NCBI GenBank assembly: GCA_018609045.1
Contig: JABAYK010000009.1
Span: forward strand, 57,006-121,005
Source: Flavobacteriales bacterium
Lineage (GTDB): Bacteria > Bacteroidota > Bacteroidia > Flavobacteriales_G > Salibacteraceae
DNA length: 64,000 nt
Reading direction: 5' to 3'
In this document: positions 54,165 to 63,013 of the stretch, one piece after another
How the letters are laid out: every line of letters starts with the position of its first letter
Position numbering within the stretch: the first letter of the stretch is position 1
The notes under the pieces: generated by a model
The model's input: only the letters and a program-made list of their open reading frames with translations
Databases searched by the model: none
Told to the model about the DNA's origin: nothing
Position numbers and translations under genes: made by a program

Positions 54165-56309
54165 ATGTCTAATAAAATTTATTATCAGCCAAAATTTAGC
54201 ATCATTTATCTTGTAGTTTTGGCATCTTTTTTTGCCTGCAAACCTATGATTAAAGATAACACCCCCCCTGTAGCGCCTAAAATTCCTCACGAAATAACAC
54301 ATTTAGGTAAAAAATGGATTGACAATTATTTTTGGATGAGAGAGAGAGATTCAAAAGAAATTTTGGATTATTTAAATCAAGAAAATGAATACACAGCCCA
54401 GAAATTAAAGAATACTGAAGGTCTTCAAAAGGAATTATTTGAAGAAATTACAGGAAGAATTAAAAAAGATGACAATTCTGTTCCTTATTTATTAGATGGT
54501 TATTATTACTATGTAAAATTTGAAGGAGAACAAGAATACCCTTTGTATTGTCGAAAAAAAGAATCTTTAGAAGCTGACGAAGAAATAATGCTTGATGTTA
54601 ACCTATTAGCAGAAGGCAAAGATTTTTACAACGTTGCCGGATTATCTATTAGCCCAAACGGTAATTACTTGGCTTTTGGAGAAGATACCTTGAGCCGGAG
54701 AATTTATACCATAAAATTCTTGAACCTTGAAAATAACACCTTTTTTATAGATGAACTCTCTGGAGTTTCTGCCTTTGCAGCTTGGAGCGAAGATGGAAAA
54801 TATGTTTTTTACACTGCCAAAGATTTAGAAACCTTAAGAACAGATAAAATTTTTAGGCATAAAATGGGTACTTCTCAAGAAGAGGATGTGCTCATTTATG
54901 AAGAAAAAGACGAAACCTTTACCACCTATGTATCCAAATTAAAGTCGAAAAAATATTTGGTAATACATAACTCAAGCAGCATTAGTGATGAATATTTACT
55001 ATTGAACGCTAACAGCCCATTAGGGGATTTTAAAATGTTTGAATCGAGAGAAAGAGAACACGAATATGGTATTGACCACATTGGCAACTCTTTTTACATC
55101 ACCACCAATTGGAATGCAAAAAACTTTAGGTTAATGAAGTGTTCTGAAGAAAATACCGCAAAAGAAAATTGGGAAGAAGTTATTCCTCATAGAGAGGATG
55201 TTATGCTGGAAGATTTTGAATTATTCAATGACTTTTTGGTTTTAGACGAACGCAAAGATGGCTTGAGTCAATTTAGGGTTATCAATAACAAATCTGGCGC
55301 AAGTTATTATATAGATTTTGGATCTGAAACTTACTCAGCATACATAGGCTCTAATTACCAATTAGACAGTAAAGTTTTACGTTATGGATTTAACTCTTTA
55401 ACCCAACCAAACTCTGTTATTGAATTCGACTTAATTACACAACAAAAAACCATCTTAAAGCAAGAAGAAGTTGTTGGAGGCTACAACGGTGATCTATATG
55501 AAAGTAAAAGAGTTTGGGTTGAATCTCATGATGGCACAAAGGTTCCTATTTCAATAGTTTACAAAAAAGAGCTTTACAAAGAGGGCCAAAACCCATTGTT
55601 GTTATACGGATATGGCTCTTACGGATATTCAATTGATCCATACTTTTCAACAACCAGATTAAGTCTTTTAGACAGAGGTTTTGTTTATGCAATTGCCCAT
55701 GTTAGAGGTGGTGAATATTTAGGCCGGGATTGGTACGATGATGGCAAAATGTTGCAAAAGAAAAATACTTTTTTAGATTTTATTGCTTGTGGCGAAGCTA
55801 TGGTTGAAAAGAAATTTTGCGCTCCCAATAAACTTTACGCCATGGGCGGCAGTGCAGGCGGACTATTGATGGGTGCAGTAATAAACATGAAGCCAGAAAT
55901 TTGGAATGGCATTATTGCAGCAGTTCCTTTTGTAGATGTTATCAATACCATGTTAGATGAATCTATTCCGCTTACAACTGGCGAGTTTGATGAATGGGGA
56001 AACCCCAAAGAAAAGGAGTACTTTGAGTATATGTTAGGTTACTCGCCATACGATAATGTTGAAGCTAAGGCCTACCCAAATATGTTGGTTACTTCTGGTT
56101 ATCATGATTCTCAAGTACAATATTGGGAGCCAACCAAATGGGTTGCCAAATTGAGAGAGTTGAAAACAGATGATAATCTTCTGCTTTTACACACCAACAT
56201 GGCATTTGGCCACAGTGGAGCTTCCGGTAGATTTGAAAGCTACAAAGAAACAGCTATGGAGTATGCTTTTTTGTTGATGTTGGAGGAAAATAATAAAAAG
56301 CTGAATTAA
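54165..56309 (+). CDS. ptrB: S9A peptidase, oligopeptidase B (protease II)-like
   Basis: 714 aa. Catalytic region GGSAGGLLMGAVIN...VPFVDVINTMLDESIPLTTGEFDEWGNP...YSPYDNV...SGYHDSQVQYWEPTKWVAKLR...GHSG matches the protease II pattern. Confidence 0.8.
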   Translation: MSNKIYYQPKFSIIYLVVLASFFACKPMIKDNTPPVAPKIPHEITHLGKKWIDNYFWMRERDSKEILDYLNQENEYTAQKLKNTEGLQKELFEEITGRIKKDDNSVPYLLDGYYYYVKFEGEQEYPLYCRKKESLEADEEIMLDVNLLAEGKDFYNVAGLSISPNGNYLAFGEDTLSRRIYTIKFLNLENNTFFIDELSGVSAFAAWSEDGKYVFYTAKDLETLRTDKIFRHKMGTSQEEDVLIYEEKDETFTTYVSKLKSKKYLVIHNSSSISDEYLLLNANSPLGDFKMFESREREHEYGIDHIGNSFYITTNWNAKNFRLMKCSEENTAKENWEEVIPHREDVMLEDFELFNDFLVLDERKDGLSQFRVINNKSGASYYIDFGSETYSAYIGSNYQLDSKVLRYGFNSLTQPNSVIEFDLITQQKTILKQEEVVGGYNGDLYESKRVWVESHDGTKVPISIVYKKELYKEGQNPLLLYGYGSYGYSIDPYFSTTRLSLLDRGFVYAIAHVRGGEYLGRDWYDDGKMLQKKNTFLDFIACGEAMVEKKFCAPNKLYAMGGSAGGLLMGAVINMKPEIWNGIIAAVPFVDVINTMLDESIPLTTGEFDEWGNPKEKEYFEYMLGYSPYDNVEAKAYPNMLVTSGYHDSQVQYWEPTKWVAKLRELKTDDNLLLLHTNMAFGHSGASGRFESYKETAMEYAFLLMLEENNKKLN

Positions 56310-57295
56310 ACTTCGGTTAATACAAAATCTCTTTTTATTGATTCAAGAGTTTCTATTAAAACCTCTTTATCCATCTCTGTAACCAACTTTTGCCTTATTG
56401 GTTTAAAGTTTGAAATGCCCTTAAAGTAGTTGCTGTAATGTCTTCTCATTTCAACAACGCCTAAAACATCACCTTTCCATTTTAAAGACATTTCAAGGTG
56501 TTTCTTAGCAACTTCAGCTCTTTCGGCAATGGTTGGTGGTTCAAGGTGTCTTCCTGTTTTTAAGAAGTGTTTTATTTCATTAAAAATCCAAGGATAACCA
56601 ATACTTGCTCGGCCTATCATCACTCCATCAACACCGAATCTATTCTTCATTTCAAGTGCTTTCTCAGGTGTATTGATATCTCCATTTCCAAAAACCGGAA
56701 TTTTAATTCTAGGGTTGTTTTTTGTTTCTCCAATTAAAGTCCAATCTGCATCGCCCTTATACATTTGTTTACGGGTTCTGCCATGAATAGAAATGGCCTT
56801 TATACCTACATCTTGCAACCTTTCGGCAACCTCAACAATGTACTTTGAGCTTTCATCCCAACCTAATCTGGTTTTTACTGTAACAGGTAATTTGGTAGCT
56901 TTTACAATTTCAGCAGTCATTTTTACCATTTTGGGAATATCTTGTAAAATTCCCGCTCCTGCTCCTTTGCACGCAACCTTCTTTACTGGGCAACCATAAT
57001 TTATATCTATAATATCTGGATTGGTTTGCTCAGTAATTTTAGTGGCTTCAATCATGCTATCTATCTCCGAGCCAAAAATTTGAATACCCACCGGCCTTTC
57101 GTATTCGAAAATATCTAGTTTTTGAACACTTTTAACAGCATCTCTAATTAAGCCTTCAGAAGAAATAAACTCTGTATACATCAAGTCTGCACCATACTGC
57201 TTGCACAATGCACGAAAAGGAGGATCACTAACATCTTCCATTGGAGCTAATAAAAGCGGAAATTCTCCTAATTCTATGTTATCAATCTTTACCAA
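56306..57295 (-). CDS. dusB: tRNA-dihydrouridine synthase
   Basis: 329 aa. LAPMEDVSDPPFR, IDINYGCPVKKV (catalytic Cys), HGRTRKQMY, and the GNGDI...VDGVMIGRA motifs. Confidence 0.9.
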   Translation of the reverse strand: MVKIDNIELGEFPLLLAPMEDVSDPPFRALCKQYGADLMYTEFISSEGLIRDAVKSVQKLDIFEYERPVGIQIFGSEIDSMIEATKITEQTNPDIIDINYGCPVKKVACKGAGAGILQDIPKMVKMTAEIVKATKLPVTVKTRLGWDESSKYIVEVAERLQDVGIKAISIHGRTRKQMYKGDADWTLIGETKNNPRIKIPVFGNGDINTPEKALEMKNRFGVDGVMIGRASIGYPWIFNEIKHFLKTGRHLEPPTIAERAEVAKKHLEMSLKWKGDVLGVVEMRRHYSNYFKGISNFKPIRQKLVTEMDKEVLIETLESIKRDFVLTEV

Positions 57296-57324
57296 ACACT
57301 AAATTTGGCTGCAAAAGTACAATA

Positions 57325-58236
57325 TTGAGTTTTTTAAATTCCCTTCACGAAAAACCAATCTGGTTTAAAGTTTTTGTTTTTGGCTTAATCACTGTAATTA
57401 GTTTTATGGTTTTTACCCTTTTCGGGATATTGGCTTCCACCCTATTTTATGGTATCGATTTACTAAGCAGCCCTATAGCGCTTAATAATTTAGATGACCA
57501 AAACTCAGTTAATGCCTTAAGAATGATTCAACTTTTTAATGCTTTAGGCGCTTTTGTAATTCCACCAATTATTTTTTGGTGGTTAAACAAACCGGGCGAA
57601 TCGCCATTAGAGCCAAAAGAGAAGTTTAATTTTTCTACCGCAATAGTTGCTGTAATTACCATGATTGCTGCGCTACCTTTTATCAATTGGATGGCCTATT
57701 TAAATGAAAGTATCACCTTACCTGAAGCTTTTGCTTGGATGAAAACTGCTGAAGAAGATACTAAAATTCTGACTGAGGCTCTTTTGAGAATGGATAGTCC
57801 AAATATCTTTTTGTTTAACTTTTTGGTAATTGCCATTATTCCAGCCATTGGTGAAGAATTTTTTTTTAGAGGCACAATTCAACCACTTATTTATAAAGGG
57901 ACAGGAAACCAACATATTGCAATTTGGGTAACAGCTTTTTTATTTAGCGCCTTACACATGCAGTTTTTTGGCTTTTTCCCGAGAATGATATTGGGTGCTC
58001 TATTTGGCTATTTATTTGTTTGGAGTAAAAATATTTGGTATCCAATCATTGGTCATTTTACCAACAATGGATTGGCTGTAATGGCAGCATACTTTATTCA
58101 ACAAGGTAATTTAAATCCTGAGTTTGAAGAAATAGGGAAAACCCAAATTACATTTTCTTTAGGAGGTTTTCTGTTAATGGCATTTATGGTTTATCATTTT
58201 TACCAAACAACCGTGCATAAAAAAAGGAGCATTTAG
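57325..58236 (+). CDS. CPBP family intramembrane glutamic endopeptidase (CAAX protease/Abi-like)
   Basis: The track ORF from 57241 overlaps dusB by 55 nt. TTG 57325 (MSFLNSLHEKPIWFK...) removes the overlap. Motifs EEFFFRG, FSALH and HFTNN. Start uncertain. Confidence 0.75.
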   Translation: MSFLNSLHEKPIWFKVFVFGLITVISFMVFTLFGILASTLFYGIDLLSSPIALNNLDDQNSVNALRMIQLFNALGAFVIPPIIFWWLNKPGESPLEPKEKFNFSTAIVAVITMIAALPFINWMAYLNESITLPEAFAWMKTAEEDTKILTEALLRMDSPNIFLFNFLVIAIIPAIGEEFFFRGTIQPLIYKGTGNQHIAIWVTAFLFSALHMQFFGFFPRMILGALFGYLFVWSKNIWYPIIGHFTNNGLAVMAAYFIQQGNLNPEFEEIGKTQITFSLGGFLLMAFMVYHFYQTTVHKKRSI

Positions 58237-58244
58237 CTCCTTTT
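58222..58244. terminator. bidirectional hairpin between convergent CPBP and exbD genes
   Basis: Stem aaaaggagc/gctcctttt (58222-58230 / 58236-58244), flanked by A/T runs. It overlaps the CPBP stop codon. Confidence 0.5.
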
Positions 58245-58249
58245 AAAAA

Positions 58250-58717
58250 TTATTCTGATTTTAACCGCTCTCGAGTAGCGTAATTTATTTTTAGTGCTTG
58301 AACTTTTCTAAGTTCCTGTTTAACATCAGTTACAATTCCCATTTTTGTTTCTTCATCAACTTTCATTGAAGTAATCAATTTTGGAATTAAAACCTCGTCA
58401 ACTTCACTTCTTTTTTGCTCAACATAAGGACCAACATCTTGGACTTTTGCAAACTGATCGTTTAATTGAATTCGTGAACTAGTTCCAAATTTTTTGGTAT
58501 CGTAAGGTTCTCCAATGTAAATATAACTAACTAAAGATTTATTCTCAATCTTTTCGATTTCGGTAGCCTCAGGAGTTTCTAACTTAACTTTTAAATCAAC
58601 CTCACGCATAACTGTAGTTACCATGAAGAAAAATAAAAGCATAAAAACAATATCTGGTAAAGATGCGGTAGATATACCTGGCGAATCTTTCTTTTTTCCT
58701 TTATTAAACTTCGACAT
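58250..58717 (-). CDS. exbD: ExbD/TolR family biopolymer transport protein
   Basis: 155 aa. The N-terminal LPDIVFMLLFFFMV TM segment is typical of ExbD. Confidence 0.8.
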   Translation of the reverse strand: MSKFNKGKKKDSPGISTASLPDIVFMLLFFFMVTTVMREVDLKVKLETPEATEIEKIENKSLVSYIYIGEPYDTKKFGTSSRIQLNDQFAKVQDVGPYVEQKRSEVDEVLIPKLITSMKVDEETKMGIVTDVKQELRKVQALKINYATRERLKSE

Positions 58718-58718
58718 A

Positions 58719-59312
58719 TTATTGTCCTCCTACATTTTTAGGTTCAGCCTCTGAAATTCTTTGCGGATAAATATCCCTAATGGCGCTAATTTTTGGTTTG
58801 TCGTTAACCTCAACCAAATAATCATAAGTAACACCAAATTTTTCAGTTGCTAAAGAGTTTCTTAATTCAGAATATGCAGCAGCTAACTCATTTTGAACTT
58901 GAATGTACAAATCGTATGAAGTACCGTTATCATTTTGCAAGGAAATAACTTGTTTACTTACAGGGTAATCACCAAAAAACTTAACCTTGGTTGGTTTTTT
59001 CTCTGGTAAATCAGGTAAATCATTTGGGTTAGCAATAAATTCTTTAGCCTTTTCCCTTAATTGACCAATTTCTAAAATTTCACCTTCAACCAATAGTTGG
59101 TCGTTGGCATTGGCCAAAACCACAAATACATTTCTATCTTTAATTGGTGGCGGTTCAGGTTGATTAATATCTAAGGGAGGAGGAAGTCTTCTGGCTAATC
59201 CCCAATCAGAATCCATGGTTGTAGTTACAAGAAAGAATACCAACAGCAAGAAGGCTATATCAGCCATAGAGCCGGCATTTATTTCTTGTAGCGCTCTTCT
59301 TTTACTTGGCAT
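58719..59312 (-). CDS. exbD: ExbD/TolR family biopolymer transport protein
   Basis: 197 aa. EINAGSMADIAFLLLVFFLVTT TM motif. Periplasmic domain. Confidence 0.8.
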   Translation of the reverse strand: MPSKRRALQEINAGSMADIAFLLLVFFLVTTTMDSDWGLARRLPPPLDINQPEPPPIKDRNVFVVLANANDQLLVEGEILEIGQLREKAKEFIANPNDLPDLPEKKPTKVKFFGDYPVSKQVISLQNDNGTSYDLYIQVQNELAAAYSELRNSLATEKFGVTYDYLVEVNDKPKISAIRDIYPQRISEAEPKNVGGQ

Positions 59313-59314
59313 AA

Positions 59315-59740
59315 TTATTTTTTAATAATTGAATATACTGATGAAAAAACAACAGATCCAACAGCACCTGCAAATAAAAAGTATAGCATGATGATACCTG
59401 TTCCTGACCATTTTATTTCTGTAACGCTAATTGTTTCTTTGTAGTATGGCATTACTTCGTCAGAGGCTAAAAAGTAACTTACTAAAACAATTAAAAGCAT
59501 TCCGCCAACACCCACCATTGAGCTTTTAAGAGCACCAGGTTTTGATAGGGTACCTACAACAGCACCAATTAAAGCAGCTATTGCAGATAAGGCAAAAAGC
59601 AAATAAGTAAAATACAATGTAAAATCAACAGGCCAACAGCTTGAGCAGATTTTTCCATCAAAATCTAGTATGGTAAGCAATGTTAGCAAAACACCAACAC
59701 CACCTAACACAGGAATTAAAAATCGAGTTAAGTTTTGCAT
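59315..59740 (-). CDS. 4-TM membrane protein of unknown function inside the exbB-exbD operon
   Basis: 141 aa with four hydrophobic segments. Tightly packed between exbB and exbD, with 8-nt and 2-nt gaps. Confidence 0.55.
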   Translation of the reverse strand: MQNLTRFLIPVLGGVGVLLTLLTILDFDGKICSSCWPVDFTLYFTYLLFALSAIAALIGAVVGTLSKPGALKSSMVGVGGMLLIVLVSYFLASDEVMPYYKETISVTEIKWSGTGIIMLYFLFAGAVGSVVFSSVYSIIKK

Positions 59741-59748
59741 GATGTTAA

Positions 59749-60717
59749 TTATTTAGATGCTTGGTGTTTTACTAATAAATCAATTAAGGTAATTGAAGCG
59801 TCTTCCATATCGTTTACAATTGAATCAACTTTTGCTACAATGTAGTTGTAGAAAACCTGAAGAACCATGGCAACCAAAAGACCAGATACGGTTGTAATCA
59901 AAGCAACTCCAATACCTTCGGCCACAATACCTGGAGAGATGTTGTTTGCTGCAGCAATCGCATCAAACGCGTCAATCATACCAATTACAGTTCCGAAGAA
60001 ACCAAGCATAGGAGCAAGTGCGATAAACAATGAAATCCAAGACAAACCTTTTTCTAAAAGTCCCATTTGAACAGAACCATAAGAAACAACTGATTTTTCA
60101 ACCATGTCAATTCCTTCTGTAGATCTTTCTAATCCTTGGTAAAAAATACTAGCAACAGGGCCAGAAGTATTTCTACAAACTTCTTTAGCAGCCTCAACTC
60201 CACCTGAATTTAAAGCACTTTCAACTTCATCTAATAATTTTTTAGAGTTCGAAGTAGAAAGAGAAAGGTAAAGTATTCTTTCGATACAAATTGCTAATCC
60301 TAAGATTAAACAGATTAGTACGAAAGACATAAAAATAGGACCACCATCAATAAATTTTTGTTTTAAAACTTGGTGAAAAGTTTTTGCTTCTTCACCTTCA
60401 ACATCTCCTTCAGCTGAATTATCACCAACCTCAACATCTTTTTCAAGATCTTCAACCTCTTTACCTGCTTCAGTTCCTTCTTCTTCAACTGGCTCTTCCA
60501 TTACAGCCTCGTTAGCTGCAGCAGAATCTTCTTCCATAGCAGCGGCGGCATCACCTGCGGCGGCTTCGGTAGTTTCTTCACCAGTTGTTTCTTCAGATTG
60601 AGCATAAACTGCATTAACAGAACCAGCTGTTAATAATGCAAATACTGCAAAAAGGGCCAACATTCTTTTTGTTTTACCAAGGCCTAAAGCAAAAATTGAA
60701 TTCAAAGTAGATTTCAT
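59749..60717 (-). CDS. exbB: MotA/TolQ/ExbB proton-channel family protein with long acidic N-terminal extension
   Basis: 322 aa. Signal/TM segment, then a ~90-aa Glu/Ala/Asp-rich low-complexity region. ExbB core follows (LALAPMLGFFGTVIGMIDAF...GIGVALITTVSGL). Confidence 0.85.
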   Translation of the reverse strand: MKSTLNSIFALGLGKTKRMLALFAVFALLTAGSVNAVYAQSEETTGEETTEAAAGDAAAAMEEDSAAANEAVMEEPVEEEGTEAGKEVEDLEKDVEVGDNSAEGDVEGEEAKTFHQVLKQKFIDGGPIFMSFVLICLILGLAICIERILYLSLSTSNSKKLLDEVESALNSGGVEAAKEVCRNTSGPVASIFYQGLERSTEGIDMVEKSVVSYGSVQMGLLEKGLSWISLFIALAPMLGFFGTVIGMIDAFDAIAAANNISPGIVAEGIGVALITTVSGLLVAMVLQVFYNYIVAKVDSIVNDMEDASITLIDLLVKHQASK

Positions 60718-60862
60718 GATTTGTTGTGTTTATTAATCTATTTTCAGTTTTTAAAGTTTACAAATATAATTTTCTGTTAAAAGAAGAAATGATTTATATC
60801 AATTTAGTTCAATCAAGAACTTATTTTTTAATTATTAATCCTTTTCAAATAAAAATCACCTG

Positions 60863-60950
60863 CGGAGAGGGAGGGATTCGAACCCTCGATACGCTTTTGA
60901 CGTATACACGCTTTCCAAGCGTGCGCCTTCAGCCACTCGGCCACCTCTCC
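60863..60950 (-). tRNA. tRNA-Ser (anticodon GGA)
   Basis: The reverse complement folds by hand into a cloverleaf. Acceptor GGAGAGG/CCTCTCC, 3-bp D stem GCC/GGC, anticodon stem CACGC/GCGTG with loop TTGGAAA. Long variable arm ATACG/CGTAT. T arm GAGGG-TTCGAAT-CCCTC. Discriminator G. CCA is not encoded. Confidence 0.9.
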
Positions 60951-61063
60951 TCTCAATCCATTATTTCTTTCGAAACAGCCGCCAAATTAATAATTTTTTG
61001 CAACACAAAACCATTATAATTTATTGAATTAACCTAATGTTTAAATTGTATGCGGTTTTTGGT

Positions 61064-63013
61064 TTAGTTTCTTTGAAGGTTTGGCTCAATTTCAAATGCT
61101 TTTTGCAAATATTGATTTCCTAACTGAGTATTTCCTATATTATTGTAAGTCAAGCCGATATTCATTAATATTCTAGCATTATCGGGTTCAATTTCTTCAC
61201 CTTTCAGAAATATTTCAAGGGCTTTATTGGTGTTGCCTTGAATTGCAAAAACAACTCCTAATTTTTGAATAATATCGGTATTATCAGGTTTTATTTGATG
61301 AGCAGTTTGTAGATACTCTTCTGCTTTTGGCAAATTGTTAAGGTTCTTTCCGTAAATCTCTCCTACTTTTCCATAAACCCTAACCAAGTTTGGTTGATAT
61401 TTCAACAAGGTTTCGTAAGCCAAAAGTGCTACCTCAAAATTATTTTCTTTGGTGTTTACATCTCCAACATATTCTAGGTTTTGAATGGCGAATTCGTAAT
61501 CTGAATTTAGGGATAATACATTTTGATACATCAATACAGCACTTTTATAATCTTTAGCTTCTGAGTATGTGTTACCCAATAGAAGCATCGGCTGTAAATA
61601 CGTAGGGTAAATTTCCAATGACCTTTTTAAATGTCCAAAGGCTTTTCCTAAATATTGAGATTTTTTTTGAGGATTTTCTTCTTTTTTGGCCAAATCTAAA
61701 TAAGACAACCCAGCACTCATTTGAATTTTCGCACTATTTGTGGAAGTTTCCACATCTGTTAAGGCAAGTGTTTCATCGTTTTCCCAAGCGTAGTTTCTAG
61801 CTATTGTTTTTGCCGAAAAACCAAATAATAATGCAGCCAAAAATAGTTTAGCTAAAAACTCTCTTTTTGTTTTGAGTTGCTTTAAGATTATCACAGCCAA
61901 ACCAATGGCAATGCTCAGAGAGGATACATACAAGAATCGCTCATTCATAAACGTACCAATGGGAAAAACAATGTTTGAGTATAGAATAAATGACCCAAAG
62001 TAAAATATGATCAGGTAACTCCAAATTGACTTTTGTTTAAGTCCATATATGGCATACCCAATCAACAACAAGTTTATTAAGATGGAAAGCATTGGCAATG
62101 CTTCCATAGTTTCTACCAAAGGAATTTGCTTTGGATAGTAATCGTGGGTTAAAGGGTGCGGAAACACAAGTAGTTTAAAGTAAATTAAAAAAGTAAGTAG
62201 AATACTCCCATATTTTTCACTTGTGGTTGCATTAACAAATGGGTTATTCATCAACTCATTGGCTATGGGTGTTTGAAACCCTCCAACTACTTGGTTTCTT
62301 ACAAATAGATATAAAATAGCTATCACCAAAAGTGGTGTAAACCCAATTAAAAGCTTTTTAAAATTAAGTTTATCGAAAAAATAAATGGTAACGGGAATAA
62401 TGCCCAAAAAGCTAATTGATGATTCTTTGGAAAATAAACTTAAGCCTAAGCAGAAAGCAGATATGGCTAAAGCACTGAAATTATTGTTTTTGTAAAACAC
62501 CATAAATTGCCAAAATGCCAAGAAGGCAAACAAAATGCTTAAAAGCTCATCTCTACTTTTTATGTTGGCAACAACTTCGGTATGCAAAGGGTGAGCTGTA
62601 TATATTAAGGTGGCGATTATTGAAATAGAAAAAAACTCTGGTTTGGTTTCAGAAAAAATATTTTGCAACAATAGCAAAAGCACCACGGCCGTTAAGCCGT
62701 AAAGCAAGGCATTGATAAAATGACTTACGCCAGGATTGTTTCCAAAAAACTCCCATTCAATGGCATGTGTAACAAGTGCCAATGGCCTATATCGGCCACC
62801 TGAAACTAAATTCTTTTTCCGACCAAAGAAACCTACCATTGAGTCGTTAGAAACCAAATCTGAAATACCAGCTATTCCTTTTTTGGTAAACTCGTTGTTG
62901 GTAATTACAATTTTATCGTCGAGAGCATAATCAAAGGCAATGGTATTGGCGTAAAGAAAAAAGCCAAACAGAAAAACCAGCCACTTAATATTTTTTTCAA
63001 TAAACTCCATCAA
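61064..63013 (-). CDS. polytopic membrane protein with C-terminal TPR repeats (TMTC/PMT-like glycosyltransferase architecture)
   Basis: 649 aa. About 11 TM segments in the N-terminal ~400 aa, then several TPR units (e.g. YKSAVLMYQNVLSLNSDY, ALEIFLKGEEIEPDNARILMNIGLTYNNIGN). Confidence 0.7.
   Translation of the reverse strand: MMEFIEKNIKWLVFLFGFFLYANTIAFDYALDDKIVITNNEFTKKGIAGISDLVSNDSMVGFFGRKKNLVSGGRYRPLALVTHAIEWEFFGNNPGVSHFINALLYGLTAVVLLLLLQNIFSETKPEFFSISIIATLIYTAHPLHTEVVANIKSRDELLSILFAFLAFWQFMVFYKNNNFSALAISAFCLGLSLFSKESSISFLGIIPVTIYFFDKLNFKKLLIGFTPLLVIAILYLFVRNQVVGGFQTPIANELMNNPFVNATTSEKYGSILLTFLIYFKLLVFPHPLTHDYYPKQIPLVETMEALPMLSILINLLLIGYAIYGLKQKSIWSYLIIFYFGSFILYSNIVFPIGTFMNERFLYVSSLSIAIGLAVIILKQLKTKREFLAKLFLAALLFGFSAKTIARNYAWENDETLALTDVETSTNSAKIQMSAGLSYLDLAKKEENPQKKSQYLGKAFGHLKRSLEIYPTYLQPMLLLGNTYSEAKDYKSAVLMYQNVLSLNSDYEFAIQNLEYVGDVNTKENNFEVALLAYETLLKYQPNLVRVYGKVGEIYGKNLNNLPKAEEYLQTAHQIKPDNTDIIQKLGVVFAIQGNTNKALEIFLKGEEIEPDNARILMNIGLTYNNIGNTQLGNQYLQKAFEIEPNLQRN

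Noticed and set aside
57241-57324. N-terminal 28 codons of the CPBP protease ORF as given in the track.
   Set aside because: That start overlaps dusB by 55 nt on the opposite strand and encodes no recognisable sequence. TTG 57325 gives a plausible start without the overlap, though this remains uncertain.
60726-61019. 97-aa plus-strand ORF.
   Set aside because: It runs antisense through the tRNA-Ser gene (60863..60950) and the exbB upstream region. It has no coding features.
60718-61063. Integrated mobile element at tRNA-Ser, since tRNA genes are common integration sites.
   Set aside because: There is no integrase, no duplicated tRNA 3' segment and no foreign-looking genes on either side. 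The neighbours are exbB and a TPR membrane protein.
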